A stretch of 64,000 bases of DNA from a virus. The stretch spans positions 1 to 64,000 of IMG/VR virus record IMGVR_UViG_3300036795_000108. One strand, 5' to 3'. Each line of letters opens with the position of its first letter. The first letter of the stretch is position 1. The position numbers and the translations under genes were made by a program. Positions 19,190-28,769 of this stretch are shown here, piece after piece. The notes under the pieces were generated by a model. It was given only the letters and a program-made list of their open reading frames with translations. It made no database searches and was not told where the DNA came from.

Positions 19190-20089
19190 TCATTTCACGC
19201 TCCAAAGAATCGCTCGCCCGCTACGTCCAGCCGGGGCGATGACGCCCCGCCGCTTCAAATCGCTCACGCCAGCCCGCGCCACATCGCTGGAAATCCCGCA
19301 CCACGCCATCGCGAACTCCCGAGCGAAACAGAACGGCTCCGGCATCGGCCACCTCGGATCGCGCAAGCCCAACAGCAGCCCGACGCCAGCAGCGACCTTC
19401 AACGTCGCAGCCGGAGCCTCGCCGACATCCAACGGCCATCCACCGCGGCCCAGCAACCCCGCCTCATGATCGAGACGCTCGCCCCACCGAGCCAACTCCA
19501 CCATCGAGAACACGTCCCGAGCCACCCCCACCCGCCGATAGGCGATCAACGCCCGGACGCTCGCCAACGTCATCGACCCGCGCTCCGGGCACAGATAGCT
19601 CCCGAAACGCATCTCGGCCTCATGCTCATGCCCGGGGATCACGCAACTGAACCGCTCGCCGATCGCTCCCAACGCCCGGGCTCGACGCTCCGTCCGATCC
19701 AGACCGACCCCCAAAGAGACATCGATAACGCTACGGGGTGAAGTAGTTGACTTGTAGGTAGTAGTTGTCTCTATGGGGGTCGCTGTCTCTATGGGGGTGG
19801 ACGGAAGGAAGGATTCGAGCGGGGCGAGCAGGCAGGTTGGGGGCGGATCGACGCTTCTCAGGGCTGCGGTGAGACTCCGCAGGCGGTGGTAGGGCAGGTC
19901 CTGGCGGGGGGGGGTGATCCGGTTGAGGATCCTTAGGGAGCGGTGGCGTAGCCGGCGTTCGTGATGTTCGACGGCGTTGCGGAGATGCTGGGCGTCGCAT
20001 TCGGAGATTCCCGTCCGCGTGGCGTACTCGCGGGTCTGGGCATCCACCGCCTCACAGAACACGCTTCCTGAAAGCACCTGCGGGCTCAT
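19190..20089 (-). CDS. Putative replication-associated protein with C-terminal winged HTH
   Basis: ATGA-coupled to primase-helicase; internal AT-richer direct repeats; C-terminal FAMAWCGISSDVARAGVSDLKRRGVI. Confidence 0.5.
   Translation of the reverse strand: MSPQVLSGSVFCEAVDAQTREYATRTGISECDAQHLRNAVEHHERRLRHRSLRILNRITPPRQDLPYHRLRSLTAALRSVDPPPTCLLAPLESFLPSTPIETATPIETTTTYKSTTSPRSVIDVSLGVGLDRTERRARALGAIGERFSCVIPGHEHEAEMRFGSYLCPERGSMTLASVRALIAYRRVGVARDVFSMVELARWGERLDHEAGLLGRGGWPLDVGEAPAATLKVAAGVGLLLGLRDPRWPMPEPFCFAREFAMAWCGISSDVARAGVSDLKRRGVIAPAGRSGRAILWSVK
19766..19798. repeat. Iteron-like direct repeat (2 x 15 bp, 18-bp period)
   Basis: TGTCTCTATGGGGGT at 19766-19780 and 19784-19798. Confidence 0.8.
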
Positions 20090-21852
20090 CCCGTCCTCCC
20101 GTCCTCGATTGACAGCAGACTCGTCTGGCGTTCCGGCCATGGCTCCAGGGCCCAGCGACGCAGCTCAGCGGGCGCGTTGGGATCGTCCGGGTGGGCTCCG
20201 AGCTTGCTCAGCGCCTTGCGGACCGTGTCAGGGCCGACCTCCAATGTCCGGGCGATCTCCAACAGCGTTAGGCCGGGGGTGTCCTTCAGCAGCGCTCCGA
20301 GGCGTTTCTTGGCCGCGGGCTTGTTCGCGCTGTCGTTAGGGTCGCGGTAGAACTGCCCGGAGTCCTTGTCGAACAGCAGCCCCCACCATGTTCCGACCGG
20401 TGGCAGCGACCCGATCCGGTCCTTGAAGAAATGCAGGCGCGCGTAGCCCGAGGAGACGTGTTGCAGGCCCAGCACGATCTCGGAGTTGCGGGTGTAGACG
20501 CCGTTGCCGGAGATGTCGTTGATCGTGAAGGAGTTCAGTCCGGCCGCCGGATGGGGTTTGCGGCGGTGCATCGGCACGATCGTCGCGAAGTGATATCGCC
20601 GCGCCCACCCGTCGATGAGGCTCATGATCCGCTTCGCGCGGGCCTCCTCGTTCGGGTCGCCGGCGTAGAGCTGGTACAGCGGGTCGAAGGCAACCACGTC
20701 ATAGCCGCCGGCTTTCAGGACATCCTCGACGTAGGCGATGTCCTCGGGGCTTTCGTCAAGCGACAGGCCGTCTGGCTCGTGCAGCAGATCGACGTTCCTC
20801 TCACCCTCAAGCCCAGCTTCACGCAGACGCTGTTTGACGGTTTCCTCGCCCTGCTCGACGTCGACGACTAGGGCGCGTCCGCCGGTGCCGTGCCAGCCCA
20901 AAAACTCCTCTTTGCAGACCACCGCTCGGATCATCTGGACGGTGATCGTCGTCTTGCCCTCCCCCGTGCCGGCCCCGGTTGACAGGCGCGTGTCTCGCCA
21001 CAGCAGCGGACCGAGGATCTGCAGGCTCTTATCCGGCGCGGGGCGCGCACAGAAGTCCCGGGCTGAGATGACGCCCTTCCTGGTGCCGGTGCTCGTCAGC
21101 GCGCTGGTCCCATCGAAGGGGCGCAGGTCCTTGAGCGTACGCCCGGCCGCGAGATGCTCGGACACGTCCTTGGCGTCGACGGGCTCATACAGCTTGACCT
21201 TCGCCGCGATCCCGTCCAGGGCGTCTGCGACCTGCAGGGCGTGTTTGCGGCCCGGCTCGTCGTTGTCGGTGATGACCGCGACCTTCGCGCCGCGCAGCGT
21301 CTCGGTGTACTCCGGACGCCACTTCCCGACGCCCCCGGGCATCGTTGTCGCGACAGCCGCGATTCTCTCCAGGGCGTGGACGTCACGTTCGCCTTCCACC
21401 ACGCTGACCCACCGTCCGGCGTCCCTTGCGGCGAGAACAGCAGGAAGGCGGTACAGGACGCGGCGGACGTTACCGAGCCGCCATTCCCAGCCGCCCGCGC
21501 CATCGGGTCGGCGTTGGCGGAAGTCCTTGGGTAGGAAGCGACAGACCTGGTAGAGCAGTTCGCCGTGCTCATCGGTGTAGTCGTAGGTCGCGACGATCTC
21601 CGACCGGACGCCCGGCCCATCAGCGAACAGGTCTGAGAACTCAAGGCCGAGCACGGCGAGAATGTCAGCCGTCTCACAGTCGGCGTAGCACCTCACTAGG
21701 ACGGTGCCATCCGCAGTCTCCTTGATCCCGAGGCTGGGGTTACGGTCGGCGTGCGCCGGACAGAGCGCCTGATAGCCCTTCTCCGCGTTGCCTTTCGGGA
21801 TGCAGTCCCGGGTTTCGAGCGCGTCGACTACGCGCTGCAGGGCGCCACTCAC
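20086..21852 (-). CDS. DNA primase-helicase (Zn-finger, Toprim, RecA-like AAA_25)
   Basis: CPAHADRNPSL...CYADC; VVEGERD, TDNDEPG; GTGEGKTT, VAFDPL. Confidence 0.9.
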   Translation of the reverse strand: MSGALQRVVDALETRDCIPKGNAEKGYQALCPAHADRNPSLGIKETADGTVLVRCYADCETADILAVLGLEFSDLFADGPGVRSEIVATYDYTDEHGELLYQVCRFLPKDFRQRRPDGAGGWEWRLGNVRRVLYRLPAVLAARDAGRWVSVVEGERDVHALERIAAVATTMPGGVGKWRPEYTETLRGAKVAVITDNDEPGRKHALQVADALDGIAAKVKLYEPVDAKDVSEHLAAGRTLKDLRPFDGTSALTSTGTRKGVISARDFCARPAPDKSLQILGPLLWRDTRLSTGAGTGEGKTTITVQMIRAVVCKEEFLGWHGTGGRALVVDVEQGEETVKQRLREAGLEGERNVDLLHEPDGLSLDESPEDIAYVEDVLKAGGYDVVAFDPLYQLYAGDPNEEARAKRIMSLIDGWARRYHFATIVPMHRRKPHPAAGLNSFTINDISGNGVYTRNSEIVLGLQHVSSGYARLHFFKDRIGSLPPVGTWWGLLFDKDSGQFYRDPNDSANKPAAKKRLGALLKDTPGLTLLEIARTLEVGPDTVRKALSKLGAHPDDPNAPAELRRWALEPWPERQTSLLSIEDGRTG

Positions 21853-21993
21853 GGATGCTGCACGGCGCCGTAGCGGGGAGGATTATCTGCGGTCTCCTGC
21901 GGCACTCCGACCTCCGTTGGGTTGGACTTTCCGTTCGTCCAAACCGGAGGTCTGTATAGTCAACCCCGGTTTGTGCTTGGCGGCGACGAACCT

Positions 21994-22038
21994 TAGCGAA
22001 CCCCGCAAGCGCTCTGCTTTGCGGGGTTTTCGCTATTT
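21994..22038 (+). terminator. Intrinsic terminator-like hairpin
   Basis: TAGCGAACCCCGCAAGC...GCTTTGCGGGGTTTTCGCTA-TTT. Confidence 0.7.
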
Positions 22039-22170
22039 ACGAGGTTTCCGGGGGGAGATCGACCGCGCCTGCACGCCCCTGTAGCGTTCGACGCGCAGCA
22101 CCTCTCCTCCCCGCGCCCGACCCTGGCCTCCCATCCTCCCGGGGTCGGGCGCAACCCTCACCGCCCAGAT

Positions 22171-22671
22171 TCAGGCGGCCTCAGAGGTCCCGAGCGCCTT
22201 CGCGATCTTCGCGTCCGAAACACCCGCCCCGGACATCAGATCCACCACCTGCTCATAGGTGAACATGCGCCCCGCGGACTGCACGTAGGTCGGCCGGAGC
22301 TTCTGCCGAACCTTCGCGGACTTCACCCGGTCGGGGTTATCCGCGTCGCGCTTGGGGACGATCTCGACCTTCGACGGCTCCCAGGAGACGAGCACCTCCC
22401 CGGAGGACTCAAGATCCTGCAGGCCGCCGAGCATCGGGACCTCCGCCGACATCAGCGAGCACGTGTACTCGATCGGGATGTTCGCCCGGACGAGGTTCTT
22501 CAACGTCCGCTTCGGATCGCCATCCAATGACCCCAACGGAAACATCTCGCCCTGATCCTCCTCCTCGGGCTCCTCGCCGGCGCGCTGCGCGACCGACCGG
22601 CCCGGCGGCTCCTCGCCCTCCGGCCAACCCGACTCGGCGCGGCGCTTGGCCAGTTCGTCTTCGTCAGTCAT
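22171..22671 (-). CDS. Acidic hypothetical protein
   Basis: AGGAGG RBS, 166-aa ORF. Confidence 0.65.
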   Translation of the reverse strand: MTDEDELAKRRAESGWPEGEEPPGRSVAQRAGEEPEEEDQGEMFPLGSLDGDPKRTLKNLVRANIPIEYTCSLMSAEVPMLGGLQDLESSGEVLVSWEPSKVEIVPKRDADNPDRVKSAKVRQKLRPTYVQSAGRMFTYEQVVDLMSGAGVSDAKIAKALGTSEAA

Positions 22672-22694
22672 CCCGTCCTCCTACTGGTTGGGGG

Positions 22695-23192
22695 TCACGG
22701 CGCGTAATAGCGCCGCACGTAGTCGTCGGCGAAGTCGCCGAACAACAGCTTGATAAAGCGAAGGTTCTCAGGTCGCAAGACCTGCACGCTCAGCGTCGAT
22801 GAGCGAACGTGATGTCCAGAGTGGCAGCGTCGACAGAGCGTCAAGGCGTTGTCTGGATGCCAGAGATCACTTTTCGCGTGACGCAGATGCTGCTCATAGG
22901 CCACGTGATGGGTATCGAGATTACGCGTCGAACCACAGGATCTGCACTGACGAAGCGGGTCCCGGAACTGTGAGCGCAGGTGATGGTCTGGAATGTCGCG
23001 CGAACGCGAAGCGCGGATGGCTTGGCAACGCACACAGCGCCTCCCACCGGTCGGAGAGCCGCAGTCGACGCATCCCCCGGACTTATCGACGGGTCGCCTC
23101 AGCGCGCCGGAGGATGCCCCCAGCGCGGTCGTGCGCTTCGGACCCTGAGTTGACTTCAGCGGCGAGGACCGCTTGAGAGGGGTTCGCTTCAT
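22695..23192 (-). CDS. HNH endonuclease
   Basis: MKRTPLKR start; CRSCG..NLDTHH...NALTLCRRCH. Confidence 0.8.
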   Translation of the reverse strand: MKRTPLKRSSPLKSTQGPKRTTALGASSGALRRPVDKSGGCVDCGSPTGGRRCVRCQAIRASRSRDIPDHHLRSQFRDPLRQCRSCGSTRNLDTHHVAYEQHLRHAKSDLWHPDNALTLCRRCHSGHHVRSSTLSVQVLRPENLRFIKLLFGDFADDYVRRYYAP

Positions 23193-23207
23193 CGGGAGTA
23201 CGCGAGC

Positions 23208-23518
23208 CTACCGACGAGCGACGCGCGACGCTAGGCTGCCCCGCGCCCATCCGCTCTCGTGCTGCTGGAATAGATGCCCGACAAACCCGCCGCCGAGAAG
23301 CTGAAAGCTGCCGACGTACGCGCGACCATCATCCGGGACCGGATGGCCGGTCCCATGAACATGAACCGCCGCACCACAGACGCCTCCCCCGGATCGACCA
23401 GCACCCACATGAACGGCTCGTCATGCTGCACATCCACGCACAGGACGCGCGCACCACCAGGCATCGCCACCTCGAAGGTGTCAGCCGCCTCGACCGCGTA
23501 CTTCCAGATCGCGTTCAT
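23208..23518 (-). pseudogene. Frameshifted conserved phage protein
   Basis: MNAIWKY...MPGGARVL...WVLVD...RRF continues in the -1 frame as HVHGTGHPVP...YVGSFQ...FVGHLF. Confidence 0.7.
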
Positions 23519-23675
23519 GAGACGAGCAGGACGATGCCGTAACACGCGCCCGCGACCAGCAGCAGGTAAACCACCACACCCACCGCAAGCGCCACGTCCA
23601 GCCCGCGGTCACCAGCCCCATCCATGTCCTCCAGGTAGCGCCGGCGCATCTCCTCGGCATAACGAATCGGATCAG

Positions 23676-24797
23676 TCACAACACACTCTCCTCAGCTAGT
23701 ACGCCAGCATCCCTCGCGGCCCGCTCCAACAACTCGTCAAACGGAGACGGATCCGCAGACTCCGGCTCAAACAAGCCGAAGGTCCGTTTACCGTCGAGCT
23801 TCACATCCCAGCCGACCATCCGGCGGCCACGCGAATGCGGAACCTCGATAGGACCAAACTCAGACACCCAGCCCTTCAGGAACGGAGCACGCTCCTCCCG
23901 GATACGACCGGCCACGATCCACTCCTGAGCAAGCCTCCGTGCCTCATTAGGGTCAGCAGGGATCCCAACCTGATCGCGGATGGGACAATCGCGCGGACGT
24001 GAGCACAGCGCGCAGTGCGGACCAGCGCTCGCGATCCACCGTGGGGAATCCTCGCCTTCCGTTACGGCTTGGTGCAACAGCGACACCTGCGCGGAGACGA
24101 CATCCCGCAAACGCTCGATCTGCTCCCTAGTGATCCACACCTCGCGAGCTTCGCCCCAGAACACGTGCCATTCGCGAAACCAAAAGCGGTGGATGAACGG
24201 GTAGTTATCAAAGACCAGCAGGGCGTAGATGACACTTTGTGTCCAGCCCAGCTCCGTCATCCCCCTACCGTCCTCCTTGGCCGCCTCCTCGTCGCGTGGT
24301 TGTTTCGGGCGGGCATAACCGGTCTTCGCGTCGATAGACCCAGCCGTCAGCCCATCGGGATCAGCAAAGAGCGTGTCAAGCTGCCCTGAGATCCTCACCG
24401 CCTCCCCATTGTCGAGGGTGATCTCAGAGTAGAGCCGAATCTCGGTATCCACGATCTGCTCGATGGATAACTCCATGCCGGCGCACCACTTCACGACGAG
24501 GATGCGCAGGCGCGTCATTCCGCGCATCGTGACCGGAACTACCTCATCTGACGGGATGTCGCGCTGGGCGATCACGTCCACTAACCGCTCTAGGCCTTGC
24601 TCGACCGACATCGTGCGTTCAGCATGCACGCGCATCTCGGTGATCGTAAGATGCTTCCAGCGGTGAAACAGTGTGCCGACTGCGGCGAACTCGCTAGGCG
24701 TCCGCCGCCGATCCGTCATCGCGAACAGCGCCCGTAAAGCACAAGAGTCGAACGTCGCGATGATACTCTGCCGATAGTAGGGCGGAGCGGTAAGCAT
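23676..24797 (-). CDS. PD-(D/E)XK (RecB/Cas4-like) exonuclease
   Basis: N-terminal Cys, GTLFH, GQLDTL...IDAKTG, Q..IYA, C-terminal CALCSRPRDC Fe-S staple. Confidence 0.8.
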   Translation of the reverse strand: MLTAPPYYRQSIIATFDSCALRALFAMTDRRRTPSEFAAVGTLFHRWKHLTITEMRVHAERTMSVEQGLERLVDVIAQRDIPSDEVVPVTMRGMTRLRILVVKWCAGMELSIEQIVDTEIRLYSEITLDNGEAVRISGQLDTLFADPDGLTAGSIDAKTGYARPKQPRDEEAAKEDGRGMTELGWTQSVIYALLVFDNYPFIHRFWFREWHVFWGEAREVWITREQIERLRDVVSAQVSLLHQAVTEGEDSPRWIASAGPHCALCSRPRDCPIRDQVGIPADPNEARRLAQEWIVAGRIREERAPFLKGWVSEFGPIEVPHSRGRRMVGWDVKLDGKRTFGLFEPESADPSPFDELLERAARDAGVLAEESVL

Positions 24798-25687
24798 TAG
24801 CGCCTGAACTCGAACGCGCGTTGCTTGACGACCAGCGGCTTGTCCTTCGGTCCCTTGACGGAATCGGGGATCCATATAGGTAAATGTCGATTCTGACTCG
24901 GATACCACTGATTCCGCCAATGGGCCCGGGAGATCCACCTATGAGTCCAATTGACGTTTCGCCTGTCATCCGTGTCCGCGTAGATCTTGCGTCGCAAAAC
25001 CATGACGATGACGGTCTTGACCTGTCGGGCTTTGGCACGCCGTCGAACCGGCCGGCTGACATCTCCCTTGTTCAAAACGAACAGGCGTTGCTGGGCGAGA
25101 AACCAGAAGGAGACAAGCAGCTTCGCGATCGGGAACTGGTAGCTGGCCACACTCCCGTCGCCGGGAAACGCGACCTCTGATACAAGCGGCGCGAGCGTCC
25201 CGAATGCGTCCGAGTAGCCGATCACAACGGCGAGGTTTGAGTCGGGCCTCTTGACCGTCACCCACGCGAACGCGACCAGTGAAGCATCCTCCCAGAAGTT
25301 AGGGATCGACTCGGCTAGCCAGACAAACCCGTTGGGGATCAGCAGATCGCTTTCTCGTAGCTCGAAAGGGTCCATAGGATCGCGGAAGCCCGCTGCGATA
25401 ATCGCCGAAACCTCCGCGGAGGCGTAAATGGCTTCGCAGTCGGACAGGCCCATCTTGGTCGCCGTATAGAGGGGAGGCATGTCCATCTCTGCAAACAGAT
25501 CCGCCTTATCGGGCAGCAGCGTTGGGCCAATATGGGTCATGGCGGCCGAGATCGTCTTCGCCCAGTCATCTCCGCGTTGACTTCTGACGAACGCGATGGC
25601 GTCCGTCAGCTTGTCCATCGCGATCTCGTAGCCGCGATCCGTCGGCTGTCCGTAACCGTGGACTCCTGGTATACGCTTTTCCTGCAT
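24797..25687 (-). CDS. Hypothetical moron-like protein
   Basis: AT-richer codons; own promoter and leader; C-terminal HRWISRAHWRNQWYPS...IWI...KGP motif. Confidence 0.65.
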   Translation of the reverse strand: MQEKRIPGVHGYGQPTDRGYEIAMDKLTDAIAFVRSQRGDDWAKTISAAMTHIGPTLLPDKADLFAEMDMPPLYTATKMGLSDCEAIYASAEVSAIIAAGFRDPMDPFELRESDLLIPNGFVWLAESIPNFWEDASLVAFAWVTVKRPDSNLAVVIGYSDAFGTLAPLVSEVAFPGDGSVASYQFPIAKLLVSFWFLAQQRLFVLNKGDVSRPVRRRAKARQVKTVIVMVLRRKIYADTDDRRNVNWTHRWISRAHWRNQWYPSQNRHLPIWIPDSVKGPKDKPLVVKQRAFEFRR

Positions 25688-25708
25688 CGGACCTCGATTC
25701 CGGTGTCG

Positions 25709-25737
25709 GCCCCGGAGCGTTCCTGCGCTGCCGGGGC
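25709..25737. promoter_or_regulatory. Structured leader hairpin, CAGGAA loop, copy 1
   Basis: Minus strand GCCCCGG-C-AGCG-CAGGAA-CGCT-CCGGGGC. Confidence 0.7.
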
Positions 25738-25782
25738 ATTCTTTACGGGCGTCTAATCCTACAGCCGATCCCGGCTCGCGGG

Positions 25783-26157
25783 TCACGCAGTCTCTTTCGC
25801 CCAGCGGTTCTGCTCGTCCTTGACCAGCCCCGTCCGGGGCATCACGCGGTACAGGTAGTTCGCCGTGATGCCGAGCTTCTGAGCGATCTCCGGGATCGTC
25901 AACGGCCCGTTCTGCTCGACCGCCCCTACGGCCTGCTGAAGCCGCGAGCCGCCCTTCTGAGACCCCGGAGGGCGCCCGCGACGACGACGAGTCGGGCGCG
26001 ACTTGACGACGGTGTCCTCCAACTTGGCTGTCGAGGCGGGCGGCTGGCCATTCTCGCCGAGCGCTCCGAGCGCGGCCCGCAGCTTCTCGGCCTGGACCTC
26101 ATGAAAGACAAGGCCCTCCCGGATCTTCTCCGCCACTGCTTCTACGTGCTGCATCAC
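25783..26157 (-). CDS. Coiled-coil + AT-hook + winged-HTH DNA-binding protein
   Basis: RRRRGRPPGS, LTIPEIAQKLGITANYLYRVMP. Confidence 0.75.
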   Translation of the reverse strand: MMQHVEAVAEKIREGLVFHEVQAEKLRAALGALGENGQPPASTAKLEDTVVKSRPTRRRRGRPPGSQKGGSRLQQAVGAVEQNGPLTIPEIAQKLGITANYLYRVMPRTGLVKDEQNRWAKETA

Positions 26158-26431
26158 TTCCTCCTCTGGTTGACTCTAGGTAATCGGGGCGTCTACCGTC
26201 CGCGGAGTCAAGGCATCGAGCGCTTCTTGTAACTCGCGACGATGAAACCCCGGGACTACCTGCGCATGTTCGGCGAGAAGATGCTCAACCGCGTGGATAA
26301 GTTCGCTCATGGGCGCAACCGACGCGACCTCGACATCCTCGCCGAGCGCCAATGACGGACCTCGTTTAGCGACGATGTCGAGTGGCATCAGCGACCGGGC
26401 GTCGGAGCCAGTGAGCACCCAATGTCGTCGG

Positions 26432-27553
26432 TCAGGCACCGCGTTCCTCCTCCGGGAGCTGGGAGCGCAGGTAGGCGATCTCCTCATCCATCTCCGCTAC
26501 CTGCTCAAGCGTGACGCCTAACGCGGTCTGCTTGTCCTCCAACTCCGCGATGCGAGCGCGCGCGACCTCCGGAGCGATCTCCACCCCGCCATCCCCGCCA
26601 TCCCCGCCATCCTCCGGTACCACCACCGCGTCGGTGACCAACTCCTCGCTCGCATCCTCAGCCCGGCGGTTTAGCTCCTCGGCCTGCCGAAGCCACACCT
26701 CGATCGCCGCGCCATCCTGGCCACCCAACGCCATCTGCGCCGCCGCTGGCGACAACGTGCCCGGACGCACCTCCTGAGCCCGATCGTAGATCGCCCGGAA
26801 GCGCTCACGGAACGCCTCGGGCAGATCATTCGTGATGCTGACGACCATCTCCTCGACCGTCTCCGCGCTCGGCGCCGGCCGCGACGGCTCATCGCTCCAC
26901 GTCGGGATCTCGCCCTCGGTGTAGACCGCGATCCCGCCAGTCGCCTTCGGGCAGTACCACTTCACCCCATTCGACATCGCCCGGTTGAACTTCATGTTGC
27001 GGGGATAGGTGACGTGATTCGGGTCCGCCCCCTTGCTCGTCTTATCGAGCAGGTGAGCACGCCCGGCGTCCTCGTCATCGAAGCGCGACTCTCCCGCGTA
27101 CTCCTCGCCCGGGCGCTGACGCGAGGGCTGGCAGTGATCGCAATGGCGCTCCTGCACTCCGGCGTTCGGGCAACCCTTGGCGTGACGCAGATAGCCGACC
27201 TCGTCGGGATCGGCGAACTCGGTGCGCTCGAAGAAGTGGATCTCGCACGCCGCGTTCGTATGCTCGACGATCGCGTAGCGGTAGTCGGGCAGCTCCTGTA
27301 CGAACGTCGCCAGCAGGTTGGCACCCACAACCGGGTTGCCCTTGACCATGTAAATCCCGGTCATTGACTGCTGCGCCGTCAGCCCCAGGCTGCGACCCAT
27401 CTGGATCTTCGTTACCGCCTGGTAGAAGTTGCGGACGTCCGGGAACATCCCCGACTCCGCGAAGCCCTTAGACAGGCGGATGTCGAAGTCGAGTTGCTTG
27501 TGGGGATTGAGGGTCGCTACCTCGCTGCCCGGCTTCTGTTCAGTCTCCGGCAT
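26432..27553 (-). CDS. RecT-like ssDNA annealing protein
   Basis: FAESGMFPD...QAVTKIQMGRSLGLTAQQSMTGIYMVKG...YPRNMKFNRAMS; lies near an exonuclease. Confidence 0.7.
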   Translation of the reverse strand: MPETEQKPGSEVATLNPHKQLDFDIRLSKGFAESGMFPDVRNFYQAVTKIQMGRSLGLTAQQSMTGIYMVKGNPVVGANLLATFVQELPDYRYAIVEHTNAACEIHFFERTEFADPDEVGYLRHAKGCPNAGVQERHCDHCQPSRQRPGEEYAGESRFDDEDAGRAHLLDKTSKGADPNHVTYPRNMKFNRAMSNGVKWYCPKATGGIAVYTEGEIPTWSDEPSRPAPSAETVEEMVVSITNDLPEAFRERFRAIYDRAQEVRPGTLSPAAAQMALGGQDGAAIEVWLRQAEELNRRAEDASEELVTDAVVVPEDGGDGGDGGVEIAPEVARARIAELEDKQTALGVTLEQVAEMDEEIAYLRSQLPEEERGA

Positions 27554-27816
27554 CCTGCTCCTCTCCGTTGTACGGCTGCTCATGTCGATGTCTCATCCCT
27601 AACGCGAACTCGGCGTCGGCGCGGACGGAGAACGGACCGTCGATCAAACGCTCGTCCGGACCGACCGCGAAGAACACCCCGTCAGCCTCCTCCACATACG
27701 GCTGCGGGAGCGCCTCATAGTCCGGATGCTCGCGCAGATAGCGCGACGGAAACAGCATCCCTTCGACCATCGGCATGACGCCACCTCTTTCATAGGAACC
27801 TCTGCTCGGGAGCACA

Positions 27817-27826
27817 GAGTATAACG
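27817..27826 (-). promoter_or_regulatory. CGTTATACTC promoter motif with variant CCCGAGC leader
   Basis: Exact 10-mer heading the recombination operon. Confidence 0.8.
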
Positions 27827-28004
27827 CAGCGCCAAGAGGTGTGAAGATCGAGACGCCGGACCGCGATCTGTTTTCTCGCTCCGAAGATGGCCCAGAACGA
27901 GCCCGAACAAGAACGGCTGGGTGGCCGCTCCGCCTACGAAAGGACATCGCGGTCCGGCAGTCTCAATCGCCGGGGAGGATACACGCTCCCGTACGATCCC
28001 CCGC

Positions 28005-28769
28005 ATGGACAGCGATCCGCGACTCGGATTCGTGATCGTCGACTGGAAGACCCCACGGCTCGCCGCGGCCTGCTCAGAGTCGATCCGGACGCTGCGCCCC
28101 CGCTCCGAGATCCTCACCGTCAACGCCGCCGGCGCGAGCCTCGGATACGCCCAAGCTCTCAACGCCGGGATCGGCGCGTTGTGCTCCGAGGCGGACGTCA
28201 TCGTCTGCCTGAACGCCGACACGCGGATGCTCGAAGCAGACGACGCGATCCTCGACCTGTTCGACCGCGACCCGGACCTCGCGATCATCGGCCCGCGGCA
28301 GATCAACGCCCGGCGCCAGATCGTGCATGGCGGGATCGTTCAATGGCCCGACGGCACCCCCTGGGATCTGGACCTGAGGCACCGCTGCTGGCATCAGCTC
28401 GTCGACCAGCCGCACGTCGACGCGCTTACCCGCATGACGTTCGAGGTCCCGACCGTCGCCGGCAGCGTCATCTACTGCCGGCGCCGTACCCTGAGCGCGC
28501 TCGGCGGCTGGCCGGAGTTCAGCCGCTACTACTACGAAGACACCGGCCTCTGCCTGCTGGCGCGCCACCACCAGCGCCGGGTCCTCTACACCGGCAGCGT
28601 CACCTGGGAGCACCTGCACGAGGGATCGCCGTTGCGTCGCAGCGTGCGGACGCACTTCATCACCAAGGCGACCGGCCAGTTCATCGCATGGAGCGCCGAG
28701 CAGGGCATCCCGCTCAACATCGAACCGGACGCGCAGAGAGTCCTCGCCCGGGATGCGGGAGTGCTGTGA
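28005..28769 (+). CDS. Glycosyltransferase family 2
   Basis: FVIVDWKT...LGYAQALNAG...CLNADT...VAGSVI...YYEDTGLC; leaderless TACGAT-N7-ATG. Confidence 0.9.
   Translation: MDSDPRLGFVIVDWKTPRLAAACSESIRTLRPRSEILTVNAAGASLGYAQALNAGIGALCSEADVIVCLNADTRMLEADDAILDLFDRDPDLAIIGPRQINARRQIVHGGIVQWPDGTPWDLDLRHRCWHQLVDQPHVDALTRMTFEVPTVAGSVIYCRRRTLSALGGWPEFSRYYYEDTGLCLLARHHQRRVLYTGSVTWEHLHEGSPLRRSVRTHFITKATGQFIAWSAEQGIPLNIEPDAQRVLARDAGVL

Noticed and set aside
17629-19242. Long plus-strand ORFs (537 aa here; also 9227-10243, 48960-50096, 55407-57035)
   Set aside because: Antisense shadows of well-supported minus-strand genes in GC-rich DNA; no recognisable motifs.
23676-24797. Cas4-like nuclease as part of a CRISPR system
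   Set aside because: No repeat-spacer array or other cas genes; proximity to RecT fits a recombination exonuclease.
13261-26176. AGTCAACCAGA(T)GGAGG shared by leaders at 13261 and 26161
   Set aside because: Short, and largely an A/C-rich spacer plus Shine-Dalgarno; too weak to call a separate element.
27887-28765. N-terminal 290 aa of the 552-aa plus-strand ORF
   Set aside because: Out-of-frame overlap with the GT2 gene; the real second GT starts at the GTGA junction, 28766.
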